A stretch of DNA of 64,000 nt from Deltaproteobacteria bacterium (GTDB taxonomy: Bacteria; Desulfobacterota; Desulfomonilia; UBA1062), in NCBI GenBank assembly GCA_011046135.1, contig DSBG01000091.1:12265-76264 (forward strand). Direction: 5' to 3'. Shown in pieces: positions 41,572 through 53,204 of this stretch. Under the pieces are notes generated by a model that saw only the letters and a program-made list of their open reading frames with translations, had not been told where the DNA came from and did no database searches. Each line of letters starts with the position of its first letter. The first letter of the stretch is position 1. Position numbers and translations under genes: made by a program.

Positions 41572-42813
41572 TCAGAACAAAGAGCTAAAAAGCTCACACT
41601 CGACGCTTTCGCCCTGATCAACATGGGTCGTTCCCTTTGGAAGAACGATGAAGCAGTTTCCCCTGGCCATGGAACTCAGAATTCCTGAGCCTTGCTCACC
41701 TGTTGGCGTAACGCTGAGTTCAGCCCCCCTTCGTTCGAGAATTCCTCGCATGTAGTGGATCCGGTCGCCTTTGTTTCCGTCAATGGGACATGCAAGGATG
41801 GCGTTGATTTTGGGCAGAAGGAGTGATCGTGCCCCCATCATTTTCAGGAGAGCGGGTCGAGCAAACTGGTAGAAGGAGGTCATGGTTGAAACAGGATTAC
41901 CGGGCAGACCGAGGGCCGGGATTCCCAGTAGAGATCCGAAGGCGAGGGGTCGACCAGGCTTCATGTTCACTTTCCAGAAAGCCAGGGTGTTTTCGGGTGC
42001 AGAGAGTACTTCTCTGACAATGTCATAATCGCCCATGGAAACCCCCCCCGATGTCAGAATCAGGTCGGCTCTTCGCCCCCTCGAGATTTTTTCTATGAGA
42101 TCTGGTTTCTCATCCTTGGAGATGCCGAGATAGATCGGGAGAGCGCCCGATTCCTTCACCAGGGCGATGAGGGTATAGGAATTGGAGGAGGGGATTTTTC
42201 CCTGTTCCATCGGTTCACCAAGATCTATAATTTCGTCGCCCGTGGCGAGTATTGCCACGAGAGGCTTCTGGGAGACCAGGACAAGGGGTTTCCTCAGTGA
42301 GGCCAGAATCCCGATTTGGGCAGGGCCGAGGTAGTCACCCCGGGAGAGGACAGGCGCGCCTTTTTTTACGTCTTCACCGGCAAACCTGATGTTAGCGTAT
42401 CGTTTCGGAACCTTGTGTATAATGACACTGTCAGGATATTCCTCGGTGTCTTCCCTCATCACAACAGTATCTGTACCGGGCGGGATGAGTGCTCCGGTCA
42501 TGATTTTCACCGCATGACCAGGGGGGCAGGGGCCGTGGGGCACAGCGCCGGCAGGTAATTCATACGCTATGCGAAGGCTGGTTCCATGATTCGTGATCTC
42601 TGCGGAATTTAAAGCATAGCCATCCATGGCGGAGTTATCATAAGCCGGGATGTCACTCTGGGCATACACATCTTCTGCCAGGACCCTTCCCTGGGCCTCC
42701 CCCAAGCCGATGGTTTCGGGTGGAAGCAGGGAAACAGCAGCGAGAATGGTTTCTCTGGCCTCTTCTATTGATAGGTTTTCTGTTACCATGGTTTTCAAGC
42801 CTGTATACCTCAT
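41572..42813 (-). CDS. moeA: molybdopterin molybdotransferase MoeA
   Basis: 413 aa. It has a MoeA N/linker domain, a MoCF biosynthesis domain and a C-terminal domain. The start could be the ATG at 42789. Confidence 0.85.
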   Translation of the reverse strand: MRYTGLKTMVTENLSIEEARETILAAVSLLPPETIGLGEAQGRVLAEDVYAQSDIPAYDNSAMDGYALNSAEITNHGTSLRIAYELPAGAVPHGPCPPGHAVKIMTGALIPPGTDTVVMREDTEEYPDSVIIHKVPKRYANIRFAGEDVKKGAPVLSRGDYLGPAQIGILASLRKPLVLVSQKPLVAILATGDEIIDLGEPMEQGKIPSSNSYTLIALVKESGALPIYLGISKDEKPDLIEKISRGRRADLILTSGGVSMGDYDIVREVLSAPENTLAFWKVNMKPGRPLAFGSLLGIPALGLPGNPVSTMTSFYQFARPALLKMMGARSLLLPKINAILACPIDGNKGDRIHYMRGILERRGAELSVTPTGEQGSGILSSMARGNCFIVLPKGTTHVDQGESVECELFSSLF

Positions 42814-42866
42814 CTCATGCCGTGGCTCAAGTCAAGATTCTATCAGCGTTTGACGATACCGGAGCT

Positions 42867-44300
42867 ATGCAGACGACACCTCATCCGCTAAAACTCCTGG
42901 AGATAGAGCTTCAGAAGATTATTGCCCTTGAAGGGAGACTCTCAATCATCGTTGTTCCCCGGGAATATGCGGAAAAAGCATTACAATCAAAGCGGGATGT
43001 AGATACAGCGGTCACCTTCAAGGAGTATCTGATTATCGGGGTATTCGGATTGGACGCGGATGAGGCGAGCAGCATGTTTCTCGCCGTTCCCAAAGGAATG
43101 GCCTGGTATCCCCGTGATGGAAACACCATAGAAGGGCTCTTTTTCTCCGCGATGGAGCGGTTACGAAACAGCAGCAGCACTACTCCATGGGTCACGCAAC
43201 TGTGGGACTGCATAAAGGATGTAACCGTATCCCACGATGATGCTGAAAGCAGATTTCTCTCCTCATCATTCTACCAGGTCTACGCATTCGTTGCAGATCA
43301 TCCCAAAGAGGTGGTCCGCATGATTCATGAACTGGCCGAGTCAGACAAGCACTGGATCAAGGAATTTCTTCCTTTCGGAACGCTGGCCATGAACACGGAA
43401 GAAGATCCTTCGGATGCTCCGGATTTCTCGAAGGACATGGAACAATGGGAGTATCGAAGAAGGCTCATGGAGAAAGAGGAACTCGGCAAGAAGACGTTGA
43501 GGAGCGTCAGGAATGTTGAGCACCTCTTCACGTTGCCTTCCATCTCGAAAGAGATCATCGATTTGGCTGCAGATCCCCTGTTGTCTGCATCACGGATGGC
43601 GACAATTATAGAGAAAGATCCGGTTCTCACTTCACGCCTGCTCAAAGTTGTGAACTCCGCATTTTATGGCTTTCGCAGGCAGATAGACGCAGTAGAACAT
43701 GCCATTGTCATTCTCGGAAATGAAGAGGTGGTAAACCTTGCATTTTCCATAGCGGTTCACAAACTTCTGGGAAAGAGTGAAGCCGTGAAGTCAACCGTGC
43801 TCTGGGAGCACTCGCTCATGGTGGCACATCTCACAGCCTGGATTGGGAGCATTGTGGGATCTGTATCGGGGAACATGCTGTACACGGTGGGGCTGTTACA
43901 TGATTTCGGAAAGATCATTTTTCTCCAGCGGGGGTATTATGATCAGGAGAGAGAAGGAGTTTCCTCGCTGAAAGAACTCGCCGCAGAGGAAGAAATCACC
44001 GGGCTCTCACATGCAGAGATGGGGGCGTATGTGGCGGAGAGGTGGAATCTTCCCGAAGGAATTGTCGATGGTCTTATGTGCCACCATCTTCCCGCTAAAG
44101 CTCGGGATTTTGAGGCAGCGGTTTCGGTGCATGCTGCCGACATTATTTCCCATGCCGGAACCCTTGATCTTTCCTGCATGAACTGGTCTGCAGCAGAAGT
44201 GTTTCGTGCCGGGAAAGGCTCATCGATCCCCCGGGAGGCAGTTGAAAACAAGTATTCGGAAATCATGGCAAAAGTGAGAGTTCTCTTGGATGTAACATGA
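42867..44300 (+). CDS. HDOD domain protein with an uncharacterized N-terminal ~200-aa region
   Basis: The first ATG of the ORF is at 42867. The track start at 42720 is a GTG inside the moeA 5' end on the opposite strand. The C-terminal HDOD pattern is HLFTLPSISKEII...LHDFGKIIF. The stop overlaps the next gene's start (ATGA). Confidence 0.65.
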   Translation: MQTTPHPLKLLEIELQKIIALEGRLSIIVVPREYAEKALQSKRDVDTAVTFKEYLIIGVFGLDADEASSMFLAVPKGMAWYPRDGNTIEGLFFSAMERLRNSSSTTPWVTQLWDCIKDVTVSHDDAESRFLSSSFYQVYAFVADHPKEVVRMIHELAESDKHWIKEFLPFGTLAMNTEEDPSDAPDFSKDMEQWEYRRRLMEKEELGKKTLRSVRNVEHLFTLPSISKEIIDLAADPLLSASRMATIIEKDPVLTSRLLKVVNSAFYGFRRQIDAVEHAIVILGNEEVVNLAFSIAVHKLLGKSEAVKSTVLWEHSLMVAHLTAWIGSIVGSVSGNMLYTVGLLHDFGKIIFLQRGYYDQEREGVSSLKELAAEEEITGLSHAEMGAYVAERWNLPEGIVDGLMCHHLPAKARDFEAAVSVHAADIISHAGTLDLSCMNWSAAEVFRAGKGSSIPREAVENKYSEIMAKVRVLLDVT

Positions 44301-45535
44301 TGGATAATGATATCATAACGATTCTCAAAGAACGTATCGTTTCCCTCGAGGAAAGCTACGAGCAGAAAATTGAAGAACTCTCTCTCTTGAAGGAATTGGG
44401 GGAGGCGCTCAAGGGAACAAGCCTCTCACACTGGAATCAGCTGTTTATCAGGCAACTCGACATCATCAAGCAGGCAACAGGTATCTTCAGTATCTCGGTA
44501 ATGCTCATCGAGGAGGAGACAGAGACCCTTCACGTCGTAAGCGCCTCCTTGATGAGAAATCACGCACATCGAACGCCAATCAAATTGAAACGTGGAGAAG
44601 GAATTGCCGGAAAGGTGTTTGAGACAGGCAGAACCCTCTACATACAGGACGTGACAAAAGATCCCAATTTCTCCGACCGGGGGACAAACCAGAAGGGATC
44701 CCTTGCCAGTGTCCCCATCATCTCAGAGGGAAGGACAATCGGCGTTATCAATTTCCGTGAAAATGCGACGAGCGCCTTTGAATTAAATGACATTCGGTTC
44801 TTTGAGCTCATTGCCGATCAGCTGTCCATTACAGCATCCCTTGTCAGAACCTATCAGGATCTGCTGAGTCTCGAGAAGAAGAGAATGAATCTGAGCAGGT
44901 ACTTTTCCCGCGGTCTTGCAGAGCATCTCGTGGATGACGGACGGATGACGGGTCTCGGTGGCGAGCGGAAGATGGTAACCGTGGTCTTTGCAGATATAAC
45001 AGGGTTCACCTCTATTGTAGAGGCCTATTCAGTGGAGCAGGTGGTGGAGGTACTCAATTCATTCTTTGAAACCGTGGTTCCCATCATTTTCAGGCACGGT
45101 GGCATGCTCGACAAGTTTCTTGGCGATGGGGTGATGGCGGTATTCGGTATTCCGGACAAGAGACCCCTTGATCCTGTTCACGCGATTTCCTGTGCTGTTG
45201 ATATCCAGAGGGAGATGAGTGCACTGGATACGATTCTCGAAAAGAAAGGCTTATTCCCCATTGAGGTGGGCATTGGCATTGCCACAGGAGTTGTTCTGGC
45301 GGGGAATATCGGATCCAAGGAGCAGATGAACTATACGGTGATTGGTGAACCGGTTAACCTTGCCCAGCGTCTTGAAACAATCAGCAGACCTGGAGAGATT
45401 ATTGTTTCCAGCCTCACGACCGAGGTAATACCGACAGACGTTACGATGCCGGTTCGCTTTGAGAATATGGGGTCACTCAAGATCAAGGGGATTCAGCGCG
45501 AGATCAATGCCATCAAAGTTCTCTACGATTCATGA
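44297..45535 (+). CDS. GAF domain-containing class III adenylate/guanylate cyclase
   Basis: 412 aa with an N-terminal GAF domain and a C-terminal CHD cyclase domain (VVFADITGFTS...GDGVMAVFG). It is translationally coupled to the HDOD gene. Confidence 0.75.
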   Translation: MMDNDIITILKERIVSLEESYEQKIEELSLLKELGEALKGTSLSHWNQLFIRQLDIIKQATGIFSISVMLIEEETETLHVVSASLMRNHAHRTPIKLKRGEGIAGKVFETGRTLYIQDVTKDPNFSDRGTNQKGSLASVPIISEGRTIGVINFRENATSAFELNDIRFFELIADQLSITASLVRTYQDLLSLEKKRMNLSRYFSRGLAEHLVDDGRMTGLGGERKMVTVVFADITGFTSIVEAYSVEQVVEVLNSFFETVVPIIFRHGGMLDKFLGDGVMAVFGIPDKRPLDPVHAISCAVDIQREMSALDTILEKKGLFPIEVGIGIATGVVLAGNIGSKEQMNYTVIGEPVNLAQRLETISRPGEIIVSSLTTEVIPTDVTMPVRFENMGSLKIKGIQREINAIKVLYDS

Positions 45536-45738
45536 GTCGTATTCATGGAAAAAAGCACAATGGTATCAGCGCCTCACCAGAAAAAATGGGCCCGCTTTCT
45601 GAACGCGCTCCCTCTGGATGTGCTTTTTTTGCTATTGACAGGAGAGAGGGTTTCATCTAGTCCTTTTGTAACCGATAGAGTAACGTGATCCTTCACAGCC
45701 CTATTCCACAACATTCACTGTAACCGAAAGGAAGGGAT

Positions 45739-46986
45739 ATGCATTTAGACGACTTGAAACAGATGGACCCTCGGGTGCTTCTGGAGACCGCCAACTCCCT
45801 GGAGATTGAAGGCTCTGCCTCAATGACCAAGCAGGAACTCATCTTTGCCGTGCTCCAGGCTCAGTCTGAAAAAGACATCTATATCTCAGGCCAGGGTGTG
45901 CTCGAAATTTTGCCAGATGGGTTCGGTTTTCTCAGGTCCGCTGACTACAGCTATCTCCCTGGTCCGGACGACATCTATGTATCCCCTTCCCAGATCAGAA
46001 GATTCAACCTGAAAAACGGGGATGAGGTCAGGGGACAGATACGTCCCCCGAAAGACAACGAACGTTATTTTGCCCTCCTCAAGCTAGAGACTATCAACAT
46101 GCAGGACACGGAGATGGCAAAGCACCGAGTCTCATTCGACAATCTCACGCCGCTGTATCCCATGGAACGGTTCACCCTTGAGACAACAACGGATAACCTT
46201 ACCGGAAGGTCACTCGATCTCCTCTCTCCCATAGGAAAAGGCCAGCGGGGCCTGATCGTTTCTCCTCCAAAAGCCGGAAAGACCATGATGCTCCAGAGTA
46301 TTGCGAACAGTATCACAGCCAATCATCCCGAGGTCGCTCTCATGGTGCTGCTCATTGATGAGCGTCCGGAAGAGGTGACGGACATGAAGCGCTCAGTGAA
46401 TGGAGAGGTTGTCGCATCAACCTTTGATGAGCCGGCGTCACGCCATGTCCAGGTGGCGCGGATGGTCATTGAGAAGGCGAAACGACTTGTGGAATACAAA
46501 ATGGATGTTGTAATTTTGCTGGACTCCCTCACCAGGCTCGCCAGGGCTCACAATACGGTATGCCCTCCCTCGGGAAAGCTCCTCTCCGGAGGGATAGACG
46601 CCAATGCCCTGCAGAAACCGAAGCGGTTCTTCGGAACGGCACGCAACATAGAAGAAGGCGGCAGTATTACGATCATCTCCACTGCCCTTGTGGATACTGG
46701 ATCCAGAATGGATGAAGTCATCTACGAAGAGTTCAAGGGTACGGGAAATATGGAGATCCATCTCGATCGAAACATCATGGAACGCAGGGTGTTCCCCGCC
46801 ATGGACATCTCGAAATCAGGAACACGGAAAGAAGAGCTGCTGCTGCCCAAAGAGCAGCTGGATCGCATCTGGATTCTACGCAAGCTCCTCAGTCCCCTGA
46901 ATCCTATTGACAGTATTGAATTTTTATTGGACAAATTGTCCAAGACGGATAATAATGCCGACTTCTTGGAATCCATGAATAAATAG
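45739..46986 (+). CDS. rho: transcription termination factor Rho
   Basis: 415 aa with an N-terminal OB/cold-shock domain, RecA-like Walker A/B motifs, and a long 5' leader. Confidence 0.95.
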   Translation: MHLDDLKQMDPRVLLETANSLEIEGSASMTKQELIFAVLQAQSEKDIYISGQGVLEILPDGFGFLRSADYSYLPGPDDIYVSPSQIRRFNLKNGDEVRGQIRPPKDNERYFALLKLETINMQDTEMAKHRVSFDNLTPLYPMERFTLETTTDNLTGRSLDLLSPIGKGQRGLIVSPPKAGKTMMLQSIANSITANHPEVALMVLLIDERPEEVTDMKRSVNGEVVASTFDEPASRHVQVARMVIEKAKRLVEYKMDVVILLDSLTRLARAHNTVCPPSGKLLSGGIDANALQKPKRFFGTARNIEEGGSITIISTALVDTGSRMDEVIYEEFKGTGNMEIHLDRNIMERRVFPAMDISKSGTRKEELLLPKEQLDRIWILRKLLSPLNPIDSIEFLLDKLSKTDNNADFLESMNK

Positions 46987-47000
46987 GGAGCTTAGGAGAA

Positions 47001-47219
47001 ATGAAAAAAGGGATCCATCCAGAATATCAGGAAACTACCGTCACCTGTGCCTGCGGAAACAGCTTTACAACACGTTCCACGAAACAGGATATCAGAATTG
47101 AAATCTGCAGCGCCTGTCACCCGTTTTACACCGGTCAGCAGAGGCTGACGTCGACGGCAGGGAAAGCGGAACTGTTCAGAAGAAAATATGGAGATTACCT
47201 GAAGAAGGACGCCAAGTAA
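47001..47219 (+). CDS. rpmE: 50S ribosomal protein L31
   Basis: 72 aa with the C-x-C...C-x-x-H zinc ribbon pattern of L31. Confidence 0.9.
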   Translation: MKKGIHPEYQETTVTCACGNSFTTRSTKQDIRIEICSACHPFYTGQQRLTSTAGKAELFRRKYGDYLKKDAK

Positions 47220-47239
47220 GAGAGGGCGTTTCCACGTGT

Positions 47240-48307
47240 ATGCTTGAAAAACTCCAGGAGATCGAAGCGCGATACAACGAGATCTCTGATCTCCTTGCCG
47301 ATTCACAGATCCTCCAGAATCATAACCAGTATTCTCTGCTCGCCAAGGAGCAGGCTGCCCTCGAAGAATTTATGGGGCCCTGCCGAAAGCTCAAGCAGGT
47401 TCTCGCAGCTATCCGGGAAAATGAATCCCTTCAGGAAGATCCGGATCCGGAGATCAGGGCTCTTGTCAGAGAAGAGCTTGCCCGTCTGCAGGACGAGAAG
47501 GACAGCATAGAAGACGAACTGAAAACCATGTTGCTGCCCAAGGATCCCCAGGATGCCAGGGATGTGATCCTGGAAATTCGCGCAGGAACCGGAGGTGAAG
47601 AGGCCGGGCTTTTTGCTTCAGACCTCTTCCGGATGTATTCACGGTATGCAGAGACCAAGCAGTGGGGGGTCGAGATACTGAGCATTCACGAAACAGGCAG
47701 GGGCGGTATCAAAGAGGTCATCGCAGGTATAAAGGGGCATGGCGCCTTCTCCAGGCTGAAGTATGAAAGTGGTGTCCATAGGGTCCAGCGCGTTCCCGAC
47801 ACAGAGGCGAGTGGAAGGATTCATACCTCGGCGGTTACCGTAGCTGTGCTCCCAGAAGCTCAAGAGGTTGAACTTGACATAGATCCTTCTGATTTGAGGA
47901 TTGATACCTACCGTGCCTCAGGGGCTGGAGGGCAGCACGTGAACAAGACAGAGTCAGCCGTGCGCATCACCCACGTTCCCACGGGGATCGTTGTTTCCTG
48001 TCAGGATGAAAAATCTCAACACAAGAACAAGTCAAAAGCAATGAGAGTCCTGCGTTCGCGCATTCTCCAGAAGATGCAGGAAGATCAGGATAAGGAGATC
48101 GCGACGCAGCGGCGATCCCAGGTGGGATCAGGGGATCGCAGCGAACGGATCCGCACCTATAATTTTCCCCAGGGAAGGGTTACCGATCACCGGAACAACA
48201 TGACGCTCCACAAACTTCCTCAAATTCTCGAGGGAGATATCGACGAGCTTATCGATGGGCTCGCCGCACATTTTCATGAAGAGGCACTCCGGAACACAGG
48301 GAGTTGA
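47240..48307 (+). CDS. prfA: peptide chain release factor 1
   Basis: 355 aa with the GGQ motif ([18 protein letters not shown]) and the PxT region. Confidence 0.95.
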   Translation: MLEKLQEIEARYNEISDLLADSQILQNHNQYSLLAKEQAALEEFMGPCRKLKQVLAAIRENESLQEDPDPEIRALVREELARLQDEKDSIEDELKTMLLPKDPQDARDVILEIRAGTGGEEAGLFASDLFRMYSRYAETKQWGVEILSIHETGRGGIKEVIAGIKGHGAFSRLKYESGVHRVQRVPDTEASGRIHTSAVTVAVLPEAQEVELDIDPSDLRIDTYRASGAGGQHVNKTESAVRITHVPTGIVVSCQDEKSQHKNKSKAMRVLRSRILQKMQEDQDKEIATQRRSQVGSGDRSERIRTYNFPQGRVTDHRNNMTLHKLPQILEGDIDELIDGLAAHFHEEALRNTGS

Positions 48308-48310
48308 GTC

Positions 48311-49162
48311 GTGTCATGGACGATCAGGTCTGTGCTTTCATGGGCCACAGGGTATCTCCACGGGAAAGGTATCGATCCCGCACGCCTTGATGCAGAGCTC
48401 CTCCTGGCCCATGCAATTATGGCAAAGAGAATCAATCTCTACCTCGACATGGACAGGCCTCTCCTGGAAGAGGAACTCCTGGCCTACAGAACCCTTCTGC
48501 AGCGAAGAGTAAAACGGGAACCCATTGCGTATATCCTTGGAGAGAAGGAATTTTTCGGACGCAGCTTCCAGTTGACCCCCGATGTCCTTATTCCCAGGCC
48601 AGAGACAGAACTCCTCGTGGAAGCTGCACTCTCTCTCGCGCCAGAGGGCAGCAGGATCTTTGAGATCGGTGTGGGGTCCGGAGCCGTGATCGTCTCCATG
48701 CTCTCCGAGCGGCACGATCTGTTGGGGTTCGGAAACGACATCAGTGTCAAGGCCCTCCTTCTTGCGCGCAAGAACAGCGAACTGCACGGAGTTGCCCACA
48801 GGCTTCGTCTCTATGCAGGGGATTGTTTCTATGGCATCCGTGTCAGGGTTCCCTTCATCATTGCCAATCCCCCCTATGTGTCGTGGACACACAAGCGGCT
48901 CCTTGATGACGAGGTGGCCCTCTATGAACCGCCTGAAGCCCTTTTTGGTGGTAAAGACGGCCTCGATGTAATAAGAAAGATCCTCAAGCTCACGAGAGAT
49001 CACCTTGAAGAGGGAGGTGTTCTCGTCATGGAGGTGGGTTTCGATCAGAAGGCTGCGGTTGAAAGACTCGTTGATTCTCACGAGGGGATCTCAGTGAAAG
49101 GATGGAAAAGAGACCTAGCTGGTATTGAACGGGCAGTTCTCATAGAGAGGGAACATGGATAA
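48311..49162 (+). CDS. prmC: release factor glutamine N5-methyltransferase PrmC/HemK
   Basis: 283 aa with the NPPY motif (IIANPPYV) and SAM-binding motifs. Confidence 0.9.
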   Translation: MSWTIRSVLSWATGYLHGKGIDPARLDAELLLAHAIMAKRINLYLDMDRPLLEEELLAYRTLLQRRVKREPIAYILGEKEFFGRSFQLTPDVLIPRPETELLVEAALSLAPEGSRIFEIGVGSGAVIVSMLSERHDLLGFGNDISVKALLLARKNSELHGVAHRLRLYAGDCFYGIRVRVPFIIANPPYVSWTHKRLLDDEVALYEPPEALFGGKDGLDVIRKILKLTRDHLEEGGVLVMEVGFDQKAAVERLVDSHEGISVKGWKRDLAGIERAVLIEREHG

Positions 49163-50420
49163 GTTCATTATAGAAGGTGGAAAACCGTTGCGAGGGGAGG
49201 TGACCATTTCCGGGGCGAAGAATGCGGCTCTCCCCATCCTGTGTTCATCAATCCTCGCACAGGAGAGGTGCACCTATGCAAACATTCCGAAGCTCAGGGA
49301 TATCAGCACGATAACAGACGTCCTTGCCACTCTTGGGGTGCATACCGAAAGCTGGCAGAACAATACCCTGGTCCTCGATCCCTCGGGAATCCATGCGTTC
49401 GATGCCCCGTATGAACTGGTGAAGAGCATGCGGGCATCCATTCTCGTGCTTGGGCCCCTCCTGGCTCGATTCGGCAAGGCAAAGGTGTCTCTGCCCGGCG
49501 GATGCTCCATTGGTGTTCGCCCAATCGACATGCACCTGAAGGCCCTCGCGAAAATGGGGGCGGATATCGCAATCTCTCACGGGTATGTGATCGCATCAGC
49601 CCAGGGTCTCACCGGGGCCAGGATCGTGTTCGACACCCCCACGGTGGGAGGTACGGAAAACATCATGATGGCGGCAACGCTGGCCAGGGGGAAAACCGTC
49701 ATTGAGGGTGCAGCCAGAGAGCCGGAGATTTTTGACCTTGCATGTGTTTTGAACAAGATGGGAGCCTGTATCCAGGGGGCCGGAGAGAGTACCATTACCA
49801 TTGATGGGGTCGACTCCCTCAATGGTGTAGAGTATTCCATCATTCCTGACCGTATCGAAACCGGGACGTTCCTCGTTGCTGCGGCTATCACCAAGGGAAC
49901 CCTCACCCTGAAAAATACCCGGGCTGATCAAATTTCTGCCATCATTGATAAGCTCCAGGACATGGGGGTGGAGATCAGAGTGGAAAACAACAACGAGATC
50001 TTCGTGAACGGGAATCACGACCTGAAGGCAGTACAGGTGGAAACCGTCCCCTATCCTGGCTTCCCCACGGACATGCAGGCTCAGATCATGGCTCTGGCCT
50101 GTGTGGCAGAGGGCGTTTCAAGCATCACCGAGACGATTTTTGAGAACAGATTCATGCATGTGCCGGAACTCATGAGAATGGGGGCTGATCTTGAAGAGCG
50201 CGGTCCCACCGTGATTGTACGAGGGGTACGTCGCTTCCAGGGCGCCTCTGTCATGGCAACTGATCTGCGGGCTTCTGCAAGTCTCATCCTCGCTGCTCTC
50301 AACGCAAGCGGGCACACGGAGATCAGGCGCATCTACCACCTGGACAGGGGGTATGAAGCTCTTGATCAGAAACTGAAAAGAATCGGTGCTGACGTTGTCC
50401 GTGAAAGGGGAACGCTGTGA
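49155..50420 (+). CDS. murA: UDP-N-acetylglucosamine 1-carboxyvinyltransferase
   Basis: 421 aa with an EPSP-synthase fold and the active Cys region PGGCSIG. Confidence 0.95.
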   Translation: MDKFIIEGGKPLRGEVTISGAKNAALPILCSSILAQERCTYANIPKLRDISTITDVLATLGVHTESWQNNTLVLDPSGIHAFDAPYELVKSMRASILVLGPLLARFGKAKVSLPGGCSIGVRPIDMHLKALAKMGADIAISHGYVIASAQGLTGARIVFDTPTVGGTENIMMAATLARGKTVIEGAAREPEIFDLACVLNKMGACIQGAGESTITIDGVDSLNGVEYSIIPDRIETGTFLVAAAITKGTLTLKNTRADQISAIIDKLQDMGVEIRVENNNEIFVNGNHDLKAVQVETVPYPGFPTDMQAQIMALACVAEGVSSITETIFENRFMHVPELMRMGADLEERGPTVIVRGVRRFQGASVMATDLRASASLILAALNASGHTEIRRIYHLDRGYEALDQKLKRIGADVVRERGTL

Positions 50421-51718
50421 TCCCGATATTTTCAACATCACAGGCAGGGTGGAGAGAATCTCTGTCCGCCCTTCTGGATCGCAGAAGGGCGGTTCCTGCC
50501 GAAATCGAGCAGACAGTCAGGGACATTGTTCGGGACGTGAGGGAAAACGGGGACGAGGCCTTGCATGCATTCACCAGGAAATTTGACGGATTTTCCCCTG
50601 ATGCCGCGGGTATGATAATTGACAAAGAAGCCATCTATGATGCCTACGTGCGGACCCACCCCGATATACGCATCGCCCTGAACAGGGCTGCAGAGAGAAT
50701 TTCCGCCTATCACCGGCACCAGGTGGAGCATTCCTGGATCACCACGGATGACTCAGGGGTAATCCTTGGACAGAAGATCGGACCTGTGGACAGCGTAGGG
50801 GTCTATATTCCAGGTGGAAAGAATGCCTTTCCTTCCTCGTTGTTGATGAATGTCATCCCTGCGAAAATTGCGAGAGTTGAGAACATCGTGGTGGTATCAC
50901 CAACTCCCGGAGGAGAGATACAAAACTCCCTCCTTGCCGCTGCACACATCGCAGGAGTTGAGAGGATCTTTCGTCTCGGCGGAGCGCAGGCGGTTGCAGC
51001 GCTCGCCTATGGAACAGCGAGTGTTCCCAGGGTTGACAAGGTCGTAGGACCCGGGAATATGTACGTTGCGCTGGCAAAGAGAATGCTTCAGGGAATTATT
51101 GGAACAGATTCGTTCGCCGGGCCGTCGGAAATTCTCATCATCGCAGATGGGGGTGCCGATCCACGGGTGATAGCCAGCGATCTCCTCTCCCAGGCTGAAC
51201 ATGATTCCCTGGCATCGTCAATCCTTGTCACGTGGTTCGAGGAGTTGGCACGTGCGGTGATGGAAGAACTCGCTCTGTTAGCCGATGATCTTCCCAGGAG
51301 TGATGTGATCAGACATTCGCTTGGAACGTATGGCGCGTGCATCGTGACCAGCGATCGTGATGAGGCGTTTGCCATTGCAAACATGGTTGCTCCTGAACAC
51401 CTGGAACTCATGATGGAGAATGCCTATGAGTGTTTGGGCAAGGTGAAACACGCTGGCGCCATATTCCTTGGATACAGCAGCCCAGAGGTTATCGGAGATT
51501 ATATCGCCGGGCCCAATCATACCCTGCCAACCGGTTCAACTGCCCGCTTCTCCTCTCCCTTGGGGGTGTATGATTTCATGAAAAGGTCCTCCATTATCGG
51601 CTTTACCGCACAGGCCCTGAAGGATCTAGGTCCACTGGCAATAACCATTGCCCGGGCGGAAGACTTGGAAGCACATGCGAGATCTGTGGAGATCCGTATC
51701 AGAGAATCAGGTCGTTAG
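50417..51718 (+). CDS. hisD: histidinol dehydrogenase
   Basis: 433 aa, conserved HisD sequence, 4-nt overlap with murA. Confidence 0.9.
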   Translation: MIPIFSTSQAGWRESLSALLDRRRAVPAEIEQTVRDIVRDVRENGDEALHAFTRKFDGFSPDAAGMIIDKEAIYDAYVRTHPDIRIALNRAAERISAYHRHQVEHSWITTDDSGVILGQKIGPVDSVGVYIPGGKNAFPSSLLMNVIPAKIARVENIVVVSPTPGGEIQNSLLAAAHIAGVERIFRLGGAQAVAALAYGTASVPRVDKVVGPGNMYVALAKRMLQGIIGTDSFAGPSEILIIADGGADPRVIASDLLSQAEHDSLASSILVTWFEELARAVMEELALLADDLPRSDVIRHSLGTYGACIVTSDRDEAFAIANMVAPEHLELMMENAYECLGKVKHAGAIFLGYSSPEVIGDYIAGPNHTLPTGSTARFSSPLGVYDFMKRSSIIGFTAQALKDLGPLAITIARAEDLEAHARSVEIRIRESGR

Positions 51719-53051
51719 CTGCATCGCAGACCTTCTGCCTGAGGGAACAGTTCTCGTCGGGGGATGTATCAGGGATTTTTTCCTCGGGATAGATCCTCAG
51801 GATATCGATATCATTGTACCCGTCGATGTTTGGGTCATAGCCCGACGGATCGCACACAGATTCAATACAACGCCCTTCTGGCTGGACAAAGAGTGCAGGG
51901 TTGCCCGAATTTCCATCCCTGACACGACACTGGATATAGCTGCCCCGAGGAAGCCGACCATTGAAGAGGATCTCTGGATGCGGGATCTTTCCATCAATGC
52001 CCTGGCTTACGATATCAAGGACAGGAAAATCATTGATCCCACCGGAGGCATCGATGATCTGAAAACCGGTCTGATACGGATTCTTTCAGAAGAAACGCTC
52101 ATGCAGGATCCGCTACGAGCGCTTCGCTGCATCAGGTTTTCCCTGCAGTTTGGATTTTCTATTACAGAAGAAAGTTATACGCTCCTCAGAAGGCATGCCC
52201 CGGAAGGGATACAGGTGGCCCCGGAACGCATCAAGCAGGAACTTGTAAAAGCATTGAGCCTCTCTTCCGGTGCACGCTATTTTTCCCTCTTGGACGCAAC
52301 GGGCTACCTGCAGCAACTCTTCCCGGACATGTGCATTTTCGAGGGATCTCCTTGCCGGGATCTCCTCGGGCATGCAATCCTCACCGTAGAGTGTGTCGAT
52401 CGTCTTCTCCCTGAGATTGACGTGATGTTTCCCGGATCCAGGGAGCATTTCCAGACCTCACTGGAGAGTGGGGTCTCGAGAATGGTCGTTCTGACACTGG
52501 CAGGGTTTCTCCATGACCTCACCGGGATGTGCATTTCCAGAACCAATGGGCACGAGGGAAGGACTTCAAGAGAACCTTTCGTGGGAGCGTTGAAGGCGGA
52601 GGGCATTCTCAGGAGGTATGCGTTTTCCACTAGAGCGGGAAGAGCCATCAGGAGCATTATCCAGGGATTTTTCTTTCTGGAGGCCTTCGCCGAGGCGGAG
52701 CGTTCCACGAAGCGCATCCTTCACCGGTTTTGTTCCCGGACAGGTAGCTTTGTTCCTGAAACGCTCGTTCTTGTACGGGCGCATGATATTCAGAAGGCAG
52801 ACACGGAGGAACAACGACGCAGAGAGATTCTCGAAAGAACGTGGAGCTACTTCACAGGAGAATTCCAGCAAAACAGACGGAGTCCTCTGGTTACAGGACA
52901 GGACGTGATCCACGAGCTCGGGATAAAACCTGGGCCCTCGGTGGGCAGCTACCTGAACAGTATCGAGGAAGCACGGGCAGAAGGGGAAATTACTACACCC
53001 GAGCAGGCCCGTGCCCTTCTGAGAAAGCTGGGAACAACACACAGAGAGTAA
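51675..53051 (+). CDS. cca: CCA tRNA nucleotidyltransferase / poly(A) polymerase family protein with a C-terminal HD-like region
   Basis: The start is set to the ATG at 51675 (MRDLWRSVSENQVVSC...GGCIRD). It has a Pol-beta-like head domain. It overlaps the hisD 3' end by 44 nt. Confidence 0.75.
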   Translation: MRDLWRSVSENQVVSCIADLLPEGTVLVGGCIRDFFLGIDPQDIDIIVPVDVWVIARRIAHRFNTTPFWLDKECRVARISIPDTTLDIAAPRKPTIEEDLWMRDLSINALAYDIKDRKIIDPTGGIDDLKTGLIRILSEETLMQDPLRALRCIRFSLQFGFSITEESYTLLRRHAPEGIQVAPERIKQELVKALSLSSGARYFSLLDATGYLQQLFPDMCIFEGSPCRDLLGHAILTVECVDRLLPEIDVMFPGSREHFQTSLESGVSRMVVLTLAGFLHDLTGMCISRTNGHEGRTSREPFVGALKAEGILRRYAFSTRAGRAIRSIIQGFFFLEAFAEAERSTKRILHRFCSRTGSFVPETLVLVRAHDIQKADTEEQRRREILERTWSYFTGEFQQNRRSPLVTGQDVIHELGIKPGPSVGSYLNSIEEARAEGEITTPEQARALLRKLGTTHRE

Positions 53052-53204
53052 AAGGTTTTTTATCTCCAGGAGCTGATCCGCTGATTCAAGGTTGCAGTCT
53101 TCACGCCAGAACCAGAGAACACAAGGGAAAAAGCAGGAACGACAACCAACAAAGATCTTCGTTCAGGGTTTCAATTGTATGACGTCTCTGCTATACTGGT
53201 TTCT

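Noticed and set aside
42720-42866. Signal-peptide-like N-terminal extension (WPLLLIGFLLPWFSSLYTSSHAVAQ) of the HDOD ORF
   Set aside because: This segment starts at a GTG and is antisense to the moeA 5' coding region. The first ATG is at 42867. The hydrophobic stretch is most likely a by-product of the opposite-strand codons
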